This document shows positions 1-12,861 of a stretch of 64,000 bases of DNA, piece after piece; position 1 is the stretch's first letter, and every line of letters begins with the position of its first letter. The notes beneath the pieces are model-generated. The model searched no databases. It was not told the DNA's origin and saw only the letters and a list, made by a program, of their open reading frames with translations. This DNA comes from Setoptus koraiensis (lineage: Eukaryota > Animalia > Arthropoda). Location of the stretch: assembly GCA_048013815.1 (NCBI GenBank), contig CM106585.1:22258001-22322000 (forward strand). The letters run 5' to 3'. Made by a program: the position numbers and the translations under genes.

Positions 1-742
1 CCGTTCACCTTGATTGATTCGCTCTGATGAGAAGTGACTGGTGAGCGCAGTGGCAGCAACAAGTGAATGAACAATTGAACTAATTGGAATATGTCCAATT
101 TATTTTCTTCTCGTTATTCGCTTCTCGTTATTCGCCTCTCGACTGGTCGTTGCCGTACTGCAAATGATGATGACGACGATGATATGGCATAAAATTAGTT
201 ATGTGCACAGTAGTCACATTACGCTAATGATAACAATGCCATGCAAGTGCACGCCAATGGTAGAAAGCGCCAAGGCAATCGAATTTTGTTCGCCGGTGGT
301 GGTGCTGGCGTGTGCGTTACACAGCTACACAGCTATACAGCGTTGTACGGCGTTATGCAACGTTATGCAACGAGCTGCCACCAATTGCAGTGGTCGTTTA
401 TGGTCGCAATCGAATGTGCCAATCGAACATTCCTATAGGCCAGTCGAACTAGCGAGCCAACCGACAAGCGAACCAACCAATCATTGGTTGGCAATGAGCG
501 AACGAATGCGCGACCAATGATTGGTGTTGCATCGAATCTGATGTGTGTGTGTCGATACTGTTGCGCATACGCGACTATATGTGCGCTTTTTGCCACTCGC
601 TTGGCCGCTACTGTTTCGTAGCGTCCAAAAAGTTCTCTCGCTACTTGCCAATGCATTTTGCTGCGCATTAGCATTAGTCCTTTACTATAATATTGTGTTG
701 CGAGTCACAATTTGTGAGATTGTTCGATTTATGTTCGATTAA

Positions 743-776
<34 letters not shown>
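743..776. repeat. (TG)14 microsatellite followed by (CG)3
   Basis: Read directly. Confidence 0.95.
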
Positions 777-3700
777 GGCCCTAATAGTTTGTGAGTGGCG
801 CACACTTGCGCCCTCGCACACCGACTGGCAGCCACCAGCTAACAGTGCGCTGGTAACGAACACACAGCACAGACGACAGAGAGCACTTTGCACTTGTTTA
901 TTGGTTGTCAGTGCGCCTTTGTAATGGCATTTGTTGTGCCGTGATAGTATCTTGTGCGAGCCGCTCTATCAATAGTGGCTCTGGCTCCATTAATTCGATA
1001 TAAATTGATTAGGACGACCATGATGATGATATAATATTAAACGTTACGTTTGCAATACGTTTGCGCACAGTGTGCGATTATTATCCCCTTTAATCTCTTT
1101 ATTGGCGTCGCCGTCTCACATATGAAATAATAGTAATTATTGTTGTTGTCCGGCAACCTGTTTAATGAACCAGCTCGCCGTTGTCTCAAATTGTACACAC
1201 ACACACACACTTGTCGAACGGTGGAATGGCCGGCTCAAATGCAATCCGAGGGCCAGCGCTTGGCAGCGGCTGGCAGCGGCGCTGAGCCATTGTTGGCCCG
1301 GCCACATCCAGCCATCGGACACAATTACACACAAGCACCTTTTGCACACATGCTCTCGAACATTGCAAATTGGAATCTTGAATCGAACGATGTGTGCTGA
1401 ATCGAATGGCCGAAGGGGGGACGGCACCACGGCCGCCACACTGGCCGCACTCTATACTGCACTGAACAGCTATACATGCACTGAGCTATACAGCTTTATG
1501 GCTACATTATAGCTAGCTATGCGCTGTGGCAGCGCACTGTACATGCGCACATCGGCCATCTTCGTGGGACGGCTCAGCGCGGCGACCGCTTCACCCGACG
1601 GCTTCACCCGACGGCTCTGTCCACGGCGAGCACCTGCGACCGGCGCAAGCCGACGGATAAATTATCCGGGATAATAAGCTTCCACGCACGCACACACCGC
1701 CGCCGCTGCTGCTCAACGGCACTAATGCTGCGCTCGTCTATAGTGACCACTCCAATATAGCAACACTTCTCAGGCATCTTGTCGGGCGTGTGTGTGTGTG
1801 TGTGTGCATGCGCGGCCGTCCAAGCCTCGCACTCCGAGGCGATAACATGACCATGTACGCGCACTCTCCGTCCAGCCACTATCGCTCAGCCACTGGTCAC
1901 TTGTTGCCCATACGCTCGCTGTGTACACTTGGCACTGGCGCACACTGGGCACTGGCGCATGCTTGGCCGCCACTGACCGGTGTATGTTTGGCACTGGTCA
2001 CCGGTGAGCCGTGTATGCACACAGTATGCATGCCGGCTGCGGGCCGCTGAGTCGCGCGGCTCAAGTCAACTCTTGCGCCTGAGTCCAGTTTGGCGTGCCT
2101 TGTGTGCACTTGGCGGCCTGCGCGGGCCTGCCAAACTGGACATGCGCAACATACGGCACGCAGTACGGCACACCGACGGCAGTGTGCCAGTCTGGCGCAG
2201 CAGGTACCGGCACTTGTAAGTTACACTTGTACAACTGATGCCGCCATTCAAGTTCAACCCAACGATCGAACAATGTGCCACGCAATGTGCCGGCGCGCTC
2301 ATGTGCGGCCGCACAGCTCGACCAGTGGCCAGCCGAGACCACCCCGGGCCGCTCGCTGGCTCGCCTCTGAGCCTCGGTCCGGCCACAACGCCGGCAAGCC
2401 GTCTGACGCAAGCGAGCACATAATGGCCACCGGCTCAACTCTTGCATGGGTCAGCTGTGCCGGCCAGCTGACCAGTGACTTGCGTTGCGAGTTGCACTTG
2501 TTGCGCCGACGCTCTCCAGCAACCGGTCGCGTTCGGCCGGGCGAACTCGACCGACGGCCACTGGCCGTCGGTCGGCTCAGCTTGCCCTGCGCGCTGGCTG
2601 CAAGAGTTCACCTGTTGCTGTTGTTGTCGTTCGTTGGTCGCTCTTCGTTCGTTCGTTGGTCGTTGGTCGTTCGCTTGTTCGCTAGTTCGCATGTTCGTTG
2701 CGGCCGTCGCCGGCCACGATTGCACAAAAGATGACGGCTGCCGCGAAGGGCCGAATGTGGAACAGCTGAGCGGCGGTCAGTCTGCTGCGAGTCTGTCGAT
2801 GCCCAGACACCAACTCGTGTGCTTGCGGCGGCGCAATGCGCAGACGAGAGCCGCCCTGCGAACGGCTTGACCAGTGGCCTTGATGAATTCATGAATGAGC
2901 TCATCACTGGGCCGTCATCATCGGCGGCCATCATCGGCGGCGCTGATTGTCGATGTCGGTTCGCTGTTGCTGTTGCGCTGGCTGCTGTCGGCCGCCGACC
3001 AACAATCGGTCGGCGGCCAGACAATGCGGCCGGACAACCGGCCAAAGACAATATTGCCGCCAGTGCATCACTGTCACCTCGCGACTGGCGACTCTCGACT
3101 GGCGACTCTCGTCCGGCCGTCGGCCGTCAGCTGACCGCGCGTCGACACTGTTCCGAACAGTGACTGTTGGCCAACTTTCAACTGCTGGCCGGCGCTCACA
3201 TAGTGAAAAATAGCAGCGAGTAGCCCAATGGTCGGTGGCTGGTGCTGATAGGCTAATGAGCTGACGTGGCTGCCGATCGTGCTAATGGCTCGAATTATAA
3301 ACTGTGCGCCGCTCGGCTTGCCGATGCCATCGTGCAGTGATGGCCGGCCGACAAGGTCAGCCGAGCCGCCGCTGGTAGGCGCAGCTCAATCAACTGCTGG
3401 TCAGTTTGATTGAGCTGGCCCTGACTGTTTTGGCCGACTTTTGATAGAGAGCGAGGGGATAAGCGGGACAGGTTGCCGCCGCCGTTGTTGAGTGTGTTGT
3501 TGTGCCAGTTTGTGTGCCGCGCATAAATTGAATGCGCTCGAGCTGAGGCGCTGAGTTTGTGAGTGAGCGACTTCAATCAGCACCCAATCAGCGGCCTAAT
3601 CATCGCTGCTGACGCAACTGGCCAGTTGGCCGGCCGGCCGGCCGACCGCCGGGCCGGCAGCGCCGAGCCAACGAGAGCGCCTAACGAGTGGCAGCCACAG

Positions 3701-4584
3701 TTAATCAAGCTCGCTGTCGGGCGAGCGTCTGCAGCGCAACAGGCACGACATGTACATGATCTCAATTAATCAATTTCGTGCTCGCCGGTCGCTGGACGCG
3801 ACCGGCGTTCGGCGAGCCGCGTCCAGCGGGCAGCGCGACCGAGACAGCCCGTCTGGTCGGCCGCTCGCGCGCAGTGACCTTGTCGGCCCGCGTCACCGGC
3901 CGACGGGCGCGCCCCTTTGTTTGCTCAGCACGCGCACCGCGTGCCCACTGTTGCCGCTGAGACTGTGCGTCGTGTGCACTGCCGAGACAATGGTCATTAT
4001 CGGCCGTTGCGGACATTTTTATCGCGCCGCTCGGCGGCGCGTTCGCCGTTTCGAAGCTGGACAGTGGTCAGTGGGACGCTCTCGCCTCGACGGTGCGTCG
4101 GACGGAGCGCCGCGTTGGAGTTTGACAGCGCGCCGCGTTAGAATTCGCTGGTTTCGGCGCGGGCACGCTTCGCCTTCGGAGCCTTGCGCTCGCTGCGAAT
4201 GTGCGAACGTGCGAGTGTTCGCACGGGCGAACCTTCGAGTGCGAGCCTTCGAAGCGAACGGGCGAGTGCGAACCATCGGAGCGAGTGCGAACCTCCGAAG
4301 CGAGTGCGAACCCTCGAACGTGCGGATGTGCGAACTCGCCCTCCGCGGGAGCATGGCAATTTGCGGCCGGAGCGGCGCGGCGGCTCTGTTGTCGTTATCG
4401 CTGCTAGTGCCATTACCATCATTATTATGATTGTTGCCATTATTATTAGCAGCAACTGGTGTTGGCGCGCCAACGAGCAAGTGCAACAATGCTCACACCA
4501 CTGACCCAACCACCAATAACAATGGCCGTCGTCGACGGCCGGCACGGCACGGCCACTTGCGCCGGCTCGCCGCTGGGTCCAGTT

Positions 4585-4650
4585 GTGTCGTGCCCAGCGT
4601 CGTGTCCAGTGTCGTGCCCAGCGTCGTGTCCAGTGTCGTGTCCAGTGTCG
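4585..4650. repeat. 12-bp minisatellite GTCGTGYCCAGY, ~5 copies
   Basis: Read directly. Confidence 0.85.
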
Positions 4651-5347
4651 TGGCGTTGCTCGCACCGGCGCTTCGACACAAACGCGTACATATGTGGCCG
4701 CACACTCGTCGATGCCTCTATGCTCACTGACCAGTGCGCCGGACAAAGCGCATAGAAGCCCACCTACTAATTGACCAATCAGCCATTTTCAATTGTGTGT
4801 TCGCTGATACGATGCCACTCGCACTATGCGACTCACATTGTGTGTGCACAATTGGGCACAACCGGCAACAACCGGCAACAGCAACCACCGACACCGAGCA
4901 CACGAGCAGGCGCTGGGCAAACATTGCGAACACTGTTCGGGCATTTGCCCACAACCGTGGCTCGCATCGCCGTGGCTCGCATCGCTGCGGCTCGACCCGG
5001 CCAAACGCACACAATGGCCGCTTGTGTTTGCAGTTGCAGCTTCGAAATTTCAAATACGAAGTTCGACATTCGAAATTTCACATTCGAAATTCGAAATGTG
5101 TGCTCGACAATGCAGATTCGACAATGCAGCTCGATGCCATGATTGACACTGTTCGAGGCTGACAACGCACTGCTCGGCGCACAGGCGGCCACTTGTCGCG
5201 CCAACCAATCGCTCGCAAGCGGCCGGCGATGCGACGCTGCGGCCGTGATTGATCGGCCCGAGCGAGTCAACAATGCGCTGCAGTGTCGCCCGGTTGACCG
5301 CGCCGCGATTCCAGCCGCCGGGCGCCTGGTCGACAGTGGAAAGGCGA

Positions 5348-5411
5348 GCGAAATCGGGCGAAATTGGGCAAAATTGGGCGAAATTGGGCGAAATTTGGCG
5401 AAGTCGGGCGA
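5348..5411. repeat. 10-bp minisatellite GCGAAATTGG-like, ~6 copies
   Basis: Read directly. Confidence 0.9.
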
Positions 5412-6815
5412 CAACGGGCGCCGCAATGACGTAGCAGGCGAGCCGATTGCGAGCGGGCGTCTGGCGAGCGGAGTGCGCGCTGAAATCGCGTTACTGCCAG
5501 AGTGTTGCTGCCAGAGTGTGGCTGTCGGTGTTGCCGTCAGAAGGTTGCTGCCAGAGTCGTTGTTTGCCCTTTGTGTGTTTGCATACGTAACAATGCGCAT
5601 TAGTACGCCCACGCAGCGCAAATGTGACTCGCTGCAGCCAGGCCGCGCTACTGTGCGTTGTGACCCAATTGACCAGTGCACTGCGATTCGATTGCGCACT
5701 GCTCGCTGCAAATAATTATTATTACATCATCGTGTAAGTGTATTAGAGTGTAATGGAGCGAGGTTAGAGTTGCAACAGAGTGGCCGCCTATTGTTGAGCG
5801 CGTCAGGTGATGTACGCCTCTGTTTGAGCTGCCTTTCGTTGCTGCCCTGACAGCCACAGTGTAATGACAGCTCAACAACAACGTACAGTGGGTACAACAA
5901 CTTGATCATCGTCGCAGCCTGATCCAAACACGGCTGATTGTTATGTTGTCATTATTATTATTGTTGTTGTTGTTGTTGTTGTTGCCGCCTTATCAAGAGC
6001 GCAAATTGAATAATAATTAGAATGGAAAATATTAACATTATCGCATATTATCGCATATGTAAATATTGTGTGTGCCAGTTAATTGTTTGCCCGTTGTCTG
6101 TAGCCTGATTGTTGACTCTTGTCGCCGGGCTGGCTGACTGTTGTTGACCGCATCAACACGAGAAAGCATCAACATACAACAGCATGCTGGCGATGATAGG
6201 CGTTGCGCGGGCGTCCACTCCGCCGACAGGTGAACAGACTGATTGTTTCAATTGATTGGGCTTGTTTGTTGTTATTGTGTCCGCCTCGCGCCGCTGTCAT
6301 TATCACAATACCGTGCACAATTAACGTGCTGCTATCGCTGTTGCTGCTGTTGGCGTCATGGTCATTCTTGGTGGCGTTGTTGTTGCTGGTGTCGCCGTTG
6401 TTGGCGTTGCTGTCGCTGTCGCTGTCGTTGATTGATTGAGAGTCCCAACTTGAGACGGGCTCGCTCGTTTGCACCAACGACAATCACGTTGCGCCCCGTT
6501 CACGCGAGATGCATGCAATATGTACATGTAATTTACATGAAGTAAGGTGGACACTGTCGCAAACTGTTTCGTTCCAATTTCAATTTTCATCTCGACTTTG
6601 CACTCGACTCATCGCTCACAGCGCAACCGAAATACCCGTTGTCGCACCTGTCCGCTTGTGTGCCTGTGTTAGGTGGCAACATTGTTGCCGCTTGTTGTTG
6701 CGCAACAACAACAGCGACCAGCGACCGTGTTGACCGGTCATCGTCGGCTCGCGATCATCGTCCGAGCCCGAGCCGTTGGTCAGTTGCCATTAGTCGCGTA
6801 TCGACAGTTGGCGTC

Positions 6816-6952
6816 GTTGTTGTTGTTGTTACTGTTGTTGCTGTTGTTGTTGTTACTGTTGTTGCTGTTGTTGTTGTTACTGTTGTTGCTGTTGTTGTTG
6901 TTACTGTTGTTGCTGTTGTTGTTGCTGCTGTTGCTGTTGTTGCTGTTGTTGC
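6816..6952. repeat. GTT-based compound repeat with four perfect copies of a 24-mer (GTT)4-ACT-(GTT)2-GCT
   Basis: Read directly; 24-mers at 6819..6914. Explains the poly-L/V/T/N ORFs here. Confidence 0.95.
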
Positions 6953-8894
6953 GCTCGGACCGGAGCGGCCGCCACACACAACAATTGCGCAAGGCAAGCA
7001 GTATGCAAAGTGACCACTTGCTAAGTGCATCATCTTATGTTGCTACACACACACACACACACACACCATTTACCTGTTGGCTACTAATAGCAACGGTAAC
7101 TGTGTGTGTGCGTTGTGCACTTGACACAAGTGTACATGTTGTGTTGTTATGTAACAGGTGCACGGTTGTTGTGGCCAACTAGGCCAAACATATACACACA
7201 CTTGTTACACAAACTTTGAAGCCAACACTGCCGCTCGCTTGCCACAAACACAAGCACCGTTAGCGTTGGCAAGACCGTTGGTGCAAGTCGCGAGCTGGTG
7301 TAAGCTGACGCAAGCTGATGCAAGCTGCAAGCCGATGCAACATGGTGCAGCCAACAGCGCCAACGACGGGCAACAGCACCCAAGTAACTGTAGCGGATAA
7401 TGAGAGCTTAATTTGCGCCCTCGCACTGGCCATCGCACAGGTGACGAGCTGTTGTTGGCGTTGCTGTCGTGTTGTTGCTGCAGTGCCTGTCTGGCGTGCA
7501 CTCAACACACTCCATCTCTCGGCTTCACTTGTCCCTGTTGCGTTGACCACTTGTGCGAATCGCTCTCAACCCTTGTCCGCCTGACCAGGCCCGCTGCTGC
7601 CGAGCAACCTGGTGGCTGTTCGGTCGCTTCGGCGCTTCGAAATTCCGACTTCGAAGTTCCAGCTTCGAAATTCCGACTTGCAACTTGGAAGTTTGCAGCT
7701 CGGCGGCTCAGCGGCTCGGCGGCTCGACGTTCGAAGCCTCCGCCGGCACACTGCGGCCACTTGTAGGATTGCGCGCACGATCTTTTACGGCCCACTTGCG
7801 TGTCCGTGTGCATGCGTGTGCTGCAATAAATAGCGTCTAGCTGACAGCCGAGCCGGAGAAAATGTAACAAATGTTGCAATGAGGCTTTGTTTCAAGTGTT
7901 GCCCTTGTTGCCGTCGCTGGCTCGCCACAGTCACCGTCGCTGGCTTGCCACAGTCGCCGTTCGGCGCACAACAATGCAACATTACGTAATGGTTGCTTTT
8001 TATAGCGATTTATATCGCTCGTTAGCTGGCCGCGACAACGCCGGTCGTTGCTGGCAGCGTATTGATAGAGCAACATAGTGGCCGGCTTACAGCTCTGTCG
8101 GCGATCCGGTCGGCGCGGATCGGATCAGATCGACGCGGGTCGGCGCGAACGGCCGCAATCACGACGACGACGACAGCGGCGAAAGGATAAGCTCAGCCTG
8201 GCGAGATTGCGCCCGAATTAATGATAACGGCATTGTTGTTGCGCTGGCGCTTGATCGCATCTCATCTGGCCAACGATCTCGCCGGCGCGATCTTATCCGC
8301 TCTCTCTCTCTTGGCACAGGCCCGTTGCACGCCGGCTCTCTCCTCAGCGCTTCGAGAGCGGCCTATCATGATACCATGATGCGCCACTCTCATGATGCAT
8401 TCACATGTGTCCGCTCAATGGCCGCTGGCCAGTCCGCGACCGGAATGTCAGAGCGTCACGGTGCCAAGTGTCTAGGCGAGATTTGTGTTTATATTTTGTT
8501 TGTTTTGCTCTTTGTTTGTTGTCGGTTGTTGTTGGTTGTTGTTGGTCGGTTGTTGTTGGCCGTTTGTCGCTGGCTGTTTGTTGCTGGCTGCCGGCTGGAC
8601 ACTGGCCGGCGACCAGCGACCAGCGACGAGCGACCAGCGACGAGAATAAAAGTTAATTGTTGTTGTTTGTCGAGTCTATTGTGTTGCATTATATTATATT
8701 ATATTATATTATATTACGTTGTATTATAAGCGCAACACAGCGTAACATAAACCCATGCGCGCCAACGCGCCGACGAGCCAACAATCGCAAACGCAAACAA
8801 GCCAAACTCGCTAATTAGTGCCATTCTCTGGCCTCTCTCTCTGCTATCGCTCGCTACAATCGGCCTCATTTTGCGCAATTGCCCTTTCTTTCGG

Positions 8895-8996
8895 GCTGTC
8901 GCTTCCTCTGAGCCGTCGCTTCCTCTGGGCCGCCGCTTCTCTCGAGCCGCCGCTTCTCTCGAGCTGTCGCTTCTTTTAAGCTGTCGCTCCTTTGGG
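8895..8996. repeat. 17-bp minisatellite GCYGYCGCTTC..., 6 diverged copies
   Basis: Read directly. Confidence 0.85.
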
Positions 8997-9761
8997 CCAT
9001 TGTTGTTGCTGTTGTCTTTGTCGGACGCTCAATGGCCTGTGAAAGTCGCCCGGTCGCATTTGGCCGGCTTAGTCGGCCGGTCGGCCGGTCGCCGGTTGTC
9101 AGTTTTCGCTGGCCGGCTATCGGCGTCGGCATCGGTTTGTTACTTACGTGGCGAAGGGGCAGGCGTCGTTGATTTAATTTGCGATTGTTTCAACGCGCGC
9201 CAGTTTGATTTATTTAGAGCGCGCAACATGATGCAAACAATGCAACTGCTTAAGTGTGACAGGCCGATATAACAAGCGGCTGATGATATCACAATCGGCG
9301 ATATGATGAATGAATGATATGATAAACAAACAAAACAAACTGTTGCTCCGCTTGTCTGCTTTGTCCGCTGGCTGTTGCTGTCCGACACTGACGCTGGCTT
9401 ATAAAATTGCGAATTGCGAATTGTAACGGCGCCAATTACTCACTTTTGGCGCTTTGTCAGCTGCGTGGCCGATCGATTCGCGACTTGATTTCAATCTGAT
9501 TCCGTCTGAAATGCACACTCGCAGTTCAGTCTCAATTCAGACTCTTGATTCAATCTGTTCAGTCAGAATTCAATCTGTTCAGTCTGAATTCAATCTGAAT
9601 TCAATCTGATTCAATCGCGATTCCGGCGTTGCGAGCCAAAACACAGCCAGCCGTAATCGCTCACAATCATTCATCTGACGCGACGCAATGGCTGCTCATT
9701 CCGGCGGCGCGTCTGCCCAGCCCAATCAGCGAGAATGAGCCGCAGTCAGCCGCAGAAGTCG

Positions 9762-9809
9762 CCCGAATTCAGCCGAAATCAGCCGGAATCAGCCGAAATC
9801 AGCCGAAAT
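9762..9809. repeat. 10-bp minisatellite AGCCGAAATC, ~5 copies
   Basis: Read directly. Confidence 0.85.
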
Positions 9810-9999
9810 GGAGCGAAACAAAGGGAGACAAAGCCGAAAAGAGGGACCAGCGTCGAGTTACGCCGACCAGTCGGTGGCAGCAACGGTAAATATGAGCCGG
9901 TCACATGAGCGCCTGTGTAACACTATTCGCACTTGTTGATTGTGACAGCTCGCCGAGGCTCGCCGGCCGAGCTGAGTTGCGTGTCTGGCCGCGTCGCAA

Positions 10000-10050
10000 G
10001 CCGATTGTGTAATAGCGCCGATTGTGTAATAGCGCCGATTGTGTAATAGG
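10000..10050. repeat. 17-bp tandem repeat GCCGATTGTGTAATAGC x3
   Basis: Read directly. Confidence 0.95.
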
Positions 10051-10640
10051 AGAGCCTGTAATCGTGTGTGCGTTTGAATAGGAAATTTATTTATTTTATT
10101 TATTATTTTTATTTTTGTTTGGCTTGCACAGTTGGCTGGGCGAATGCGACAAGCGGATTGTCGTCGGCAGCAAGCTGTGACAAGACAAGCTAGTTGCGCA
10201 GGTCAAGCCAACGCAACTAGCCAACGGCACAAGGTGCGAAAAGTCGAGCCGACCGAATTAAACTGAGACCCTAAAATTGAATAATAAAACAAGTGCAATA
10301 AAAAACGAATCAAGGTTGTCTTGGCAGTGTCATATTTTGTCATACATATACATGTATATTATTATCATGATTATTATTATTCAGGCTGCCGGCAGTGACT
10401 GCACACACACTCTGGCGTTTGTTTGTCGCCGTCGTTTGTTATGTAACCACACAACTATATCATACACACAACCGCTATCAATTTTCACCTATTGCCGCGC
10501 TGTCTTGCCTGTTGGTCTTGCCTGTTGGTCTCGCCTGTTGGTCTGGCCTATTGGTCTCGCCAACCGGCAGCAACTGCCCGTGAGCCGATGGCCTATTGCC
10601 AATGGCCAATGGCGTTACGTAACTAGGCCTGTTTGGTTGT

Positions 10641-10718
10641 CAGTTTTGTCGTCGGTTTCGTCGCCAGTTTCGTCGCCAGTTTCGTCGCCAGTTTCGTCGC
10701 CAGTTTTGTTGTCAGTTT
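10641..10718. repeat. 12-bp minisatellite CAGTTTCGTCGC, ~6.5 copies
   Basis: Read directly. Confidence 0.9.
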
Positions 10719-11830
10719 GGTCACAAGTGGCTGCCAGCGCGCCCACTGACAGTGACCGGTGAGCGGCTTCAACTCACTGCTGACCCCTCATCCGCCGCTG
10801 TCCGGCTCTTGCGCTGGCTGCGCGAATGTCGGAAGGTGTCGTTGTCCGACACACTTTTTGCCACAATAATACCGGTAATATAGCGATAACACAGATAAGA
10901 AGATTGGAGTTCGGTGCGCGACACAATCGTGTGTCGACAGGCACTCGTTGCCGGCCACCACCGGCCCGCCGGCCGGCCTGTGACGAGCGCCGGCCGGCCT
11001 GTGACGAGCGCGGCTGGTCGTCGCTCAACGATGACAATAATTAATTATTGTTGTTGTTCACATAATTACCACAACTGTGTTGTTGTTGTTGCAACTATTG
11101 ATATTATCATTATTACTGTTGCCGGCGCAGTCTCATTAGCTCGCCAGGGCTCGAGCTCGTAAGCGGTGCGTCAGTGTTTATCTGATCGGACGCACAGCGA
11201 TCGCGGCAGCCGCCGCCGCCGAGATTGTTTTTATGCTTTTCATCATGATATTATTAGTATTTTAGTGAAATAATTGCTTGCCTGGTGGTATCGGTGCTTC
11301 GTGTAGCCGCTTGCGCCGCCGCCGCTCGCTAGCCAGTCACTAAATTACACCGCTAATACTCGTATTATACGAGTCGTATATCACCAACACTCAAGCTCAC
11401 ACTAAAACCCCATACAACACACAAATTCCAGCCTGAGCTTGCCGGCGTGAGCTTGCCAGCTTGAGCTCGCCGGGTGAGCAATCTCAAGTGGCGCCGATTA
11501 TGGCCGCTCGGGCACAGGTAACCCGAGCGACAGGTACACGCCACATTGGTGTGATTTGCGGCGGCGGCCAGTTTGTGAGTTACATGCCGGCGTCCATTCA
11601 ATGGATGGTCCGTTGGTTACGTCGAGCATTACATGCATGGGCATGAGAGCACTTGTTGCTGCTCCGTCGCATGCTTGCCACAGGCCGACCCACAGCGGGC
11701 CAATCCGACGGGCGCGTCGCCGTCGTCGGCGCGGATTTGCATTTTGCGGCAATCTGTCCGCTCTATGCCGCTCGAGAGATGCCCGGCGAAAAGTGTGCAG
11801 CTCAAAAGAACGGCTCGTAATTGCGCTGTC

Positions 11831-11910
11831 GTTCGAATCGTTCGGATCGTTCGAATCGTTCGGACCCTTCGATCGTTCGGACCGTTCGCAGCGTCCGAAA
11901 CGTTCGAACC
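11831..11910. repeat. 9-bp minisatellite GTTCGRAYC, ~9 diverged copies
   Basis: Read directly. Confidence 0.85.
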
Positions 11911-12861
11911 GAATGCGTGAGTGCGAGAATCGCGAGCGCCGCAGAAACAAGAGCCACAACAAGGCAGCGGCAACAAGTTTCTGTGAATGATTCCGTCGCA
12001 ATGTTGCCAGTGCAACGCCGGCCGGCAATAACAACACGCCGAATGAGCGGACAAACAAGCGCTCGCACGGAATAGAGCAGAAAGGAGAGATTCGAGCGAG
12101 CCGCGGATTGATTATAATGATAATCAAATAATCACGCTTATCATTATTGCTATCTCGTCTCGCTTCTCGCTTGTCGGCGAGCCCGGCGAGCCCAGTGCGA
12201 AGGGTATCAGGCAAAAATCGAATCGGCGAGCATCCCATTATTTTGTCATCTCTGCAAACATTGTGAGCGCTCGTTAGCTCAAATGCAGCCAGTCGCTCAA
12301 TTTGAGTTTTATCAATTTTGGCCAGCTCGCCTCTGCGGCTCATCGACGCTGTCGATTCGACAGCAACGTCGGGCTCGATCGTCTCGTCGGCTCGTCGTCT
12401 CGGCCGGCATGCCCAGCGAACAGAGAACAGGCAACAGGTAACGTTGGACAACAGGTAACGCTGGGCGAGAGAACATTATCATGTGATGTGAAACTAATGT
12501 TTGTTGTGCCGAGTTGCATTGGCGCTAATTGCATTTGCATTTTATATTGGTGAGAATGGCCAAGTGTCATTTCGCGAAACAAGCGCTGGCTGCTATCATA
12601 AGCGTCTTATTTGTGTCTTATTTCTTGCGCTGGCCGCATTACCGGTATCATTACAGTATTATCATTACTGCCGTATTATATTACGATATTATGTAATATC
12701 CCACTGCGGTCGCGGCCAGCCTCACACTGGACGCACTAGTCGACGCATAGTCGACGAGCCGTCTCGGTGCGAGTGTAAAAATACTTTTACAGGTACTTTT
12801 GTTGTGTCCGAGGTGCTCATGATGACCATGGCACGCCAAGCCAGCCCACAATACAACATAA

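Noticed and set aside
5041-5100. GAAnnTTC pairs resembling a heat-shock element
   Set aside because: Only two-unit matches; no contiguous three-unit nGAAn array.
2061-5715. Many long overlapping ORFs (e.g. 2090..2734, 3750..4430, 4138..4746, 4833..5711)
   Set aside because: Open in several frames on both strands, R/A/C/G-rich, no domain. Explained by GC-rich, stop-poor repeat sequence.
6639-7182. Poly-Leu, poly-Val, poly-Thr and poly-Asn ORFs
   Set aside because: Direct translations of the GTT-based repeat.
10263-10274. CTGAGACCCTAA, a 12-nt match to miR-125
   Set aside because: Seed is not intact, no hairpin context, and such short matches are expected by chance.
11498-12451. 317-aa minus-strand ORF
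   Set aside because: Non-ATG start, spans the GTTCG repeat, no recognisable domain or splice context.
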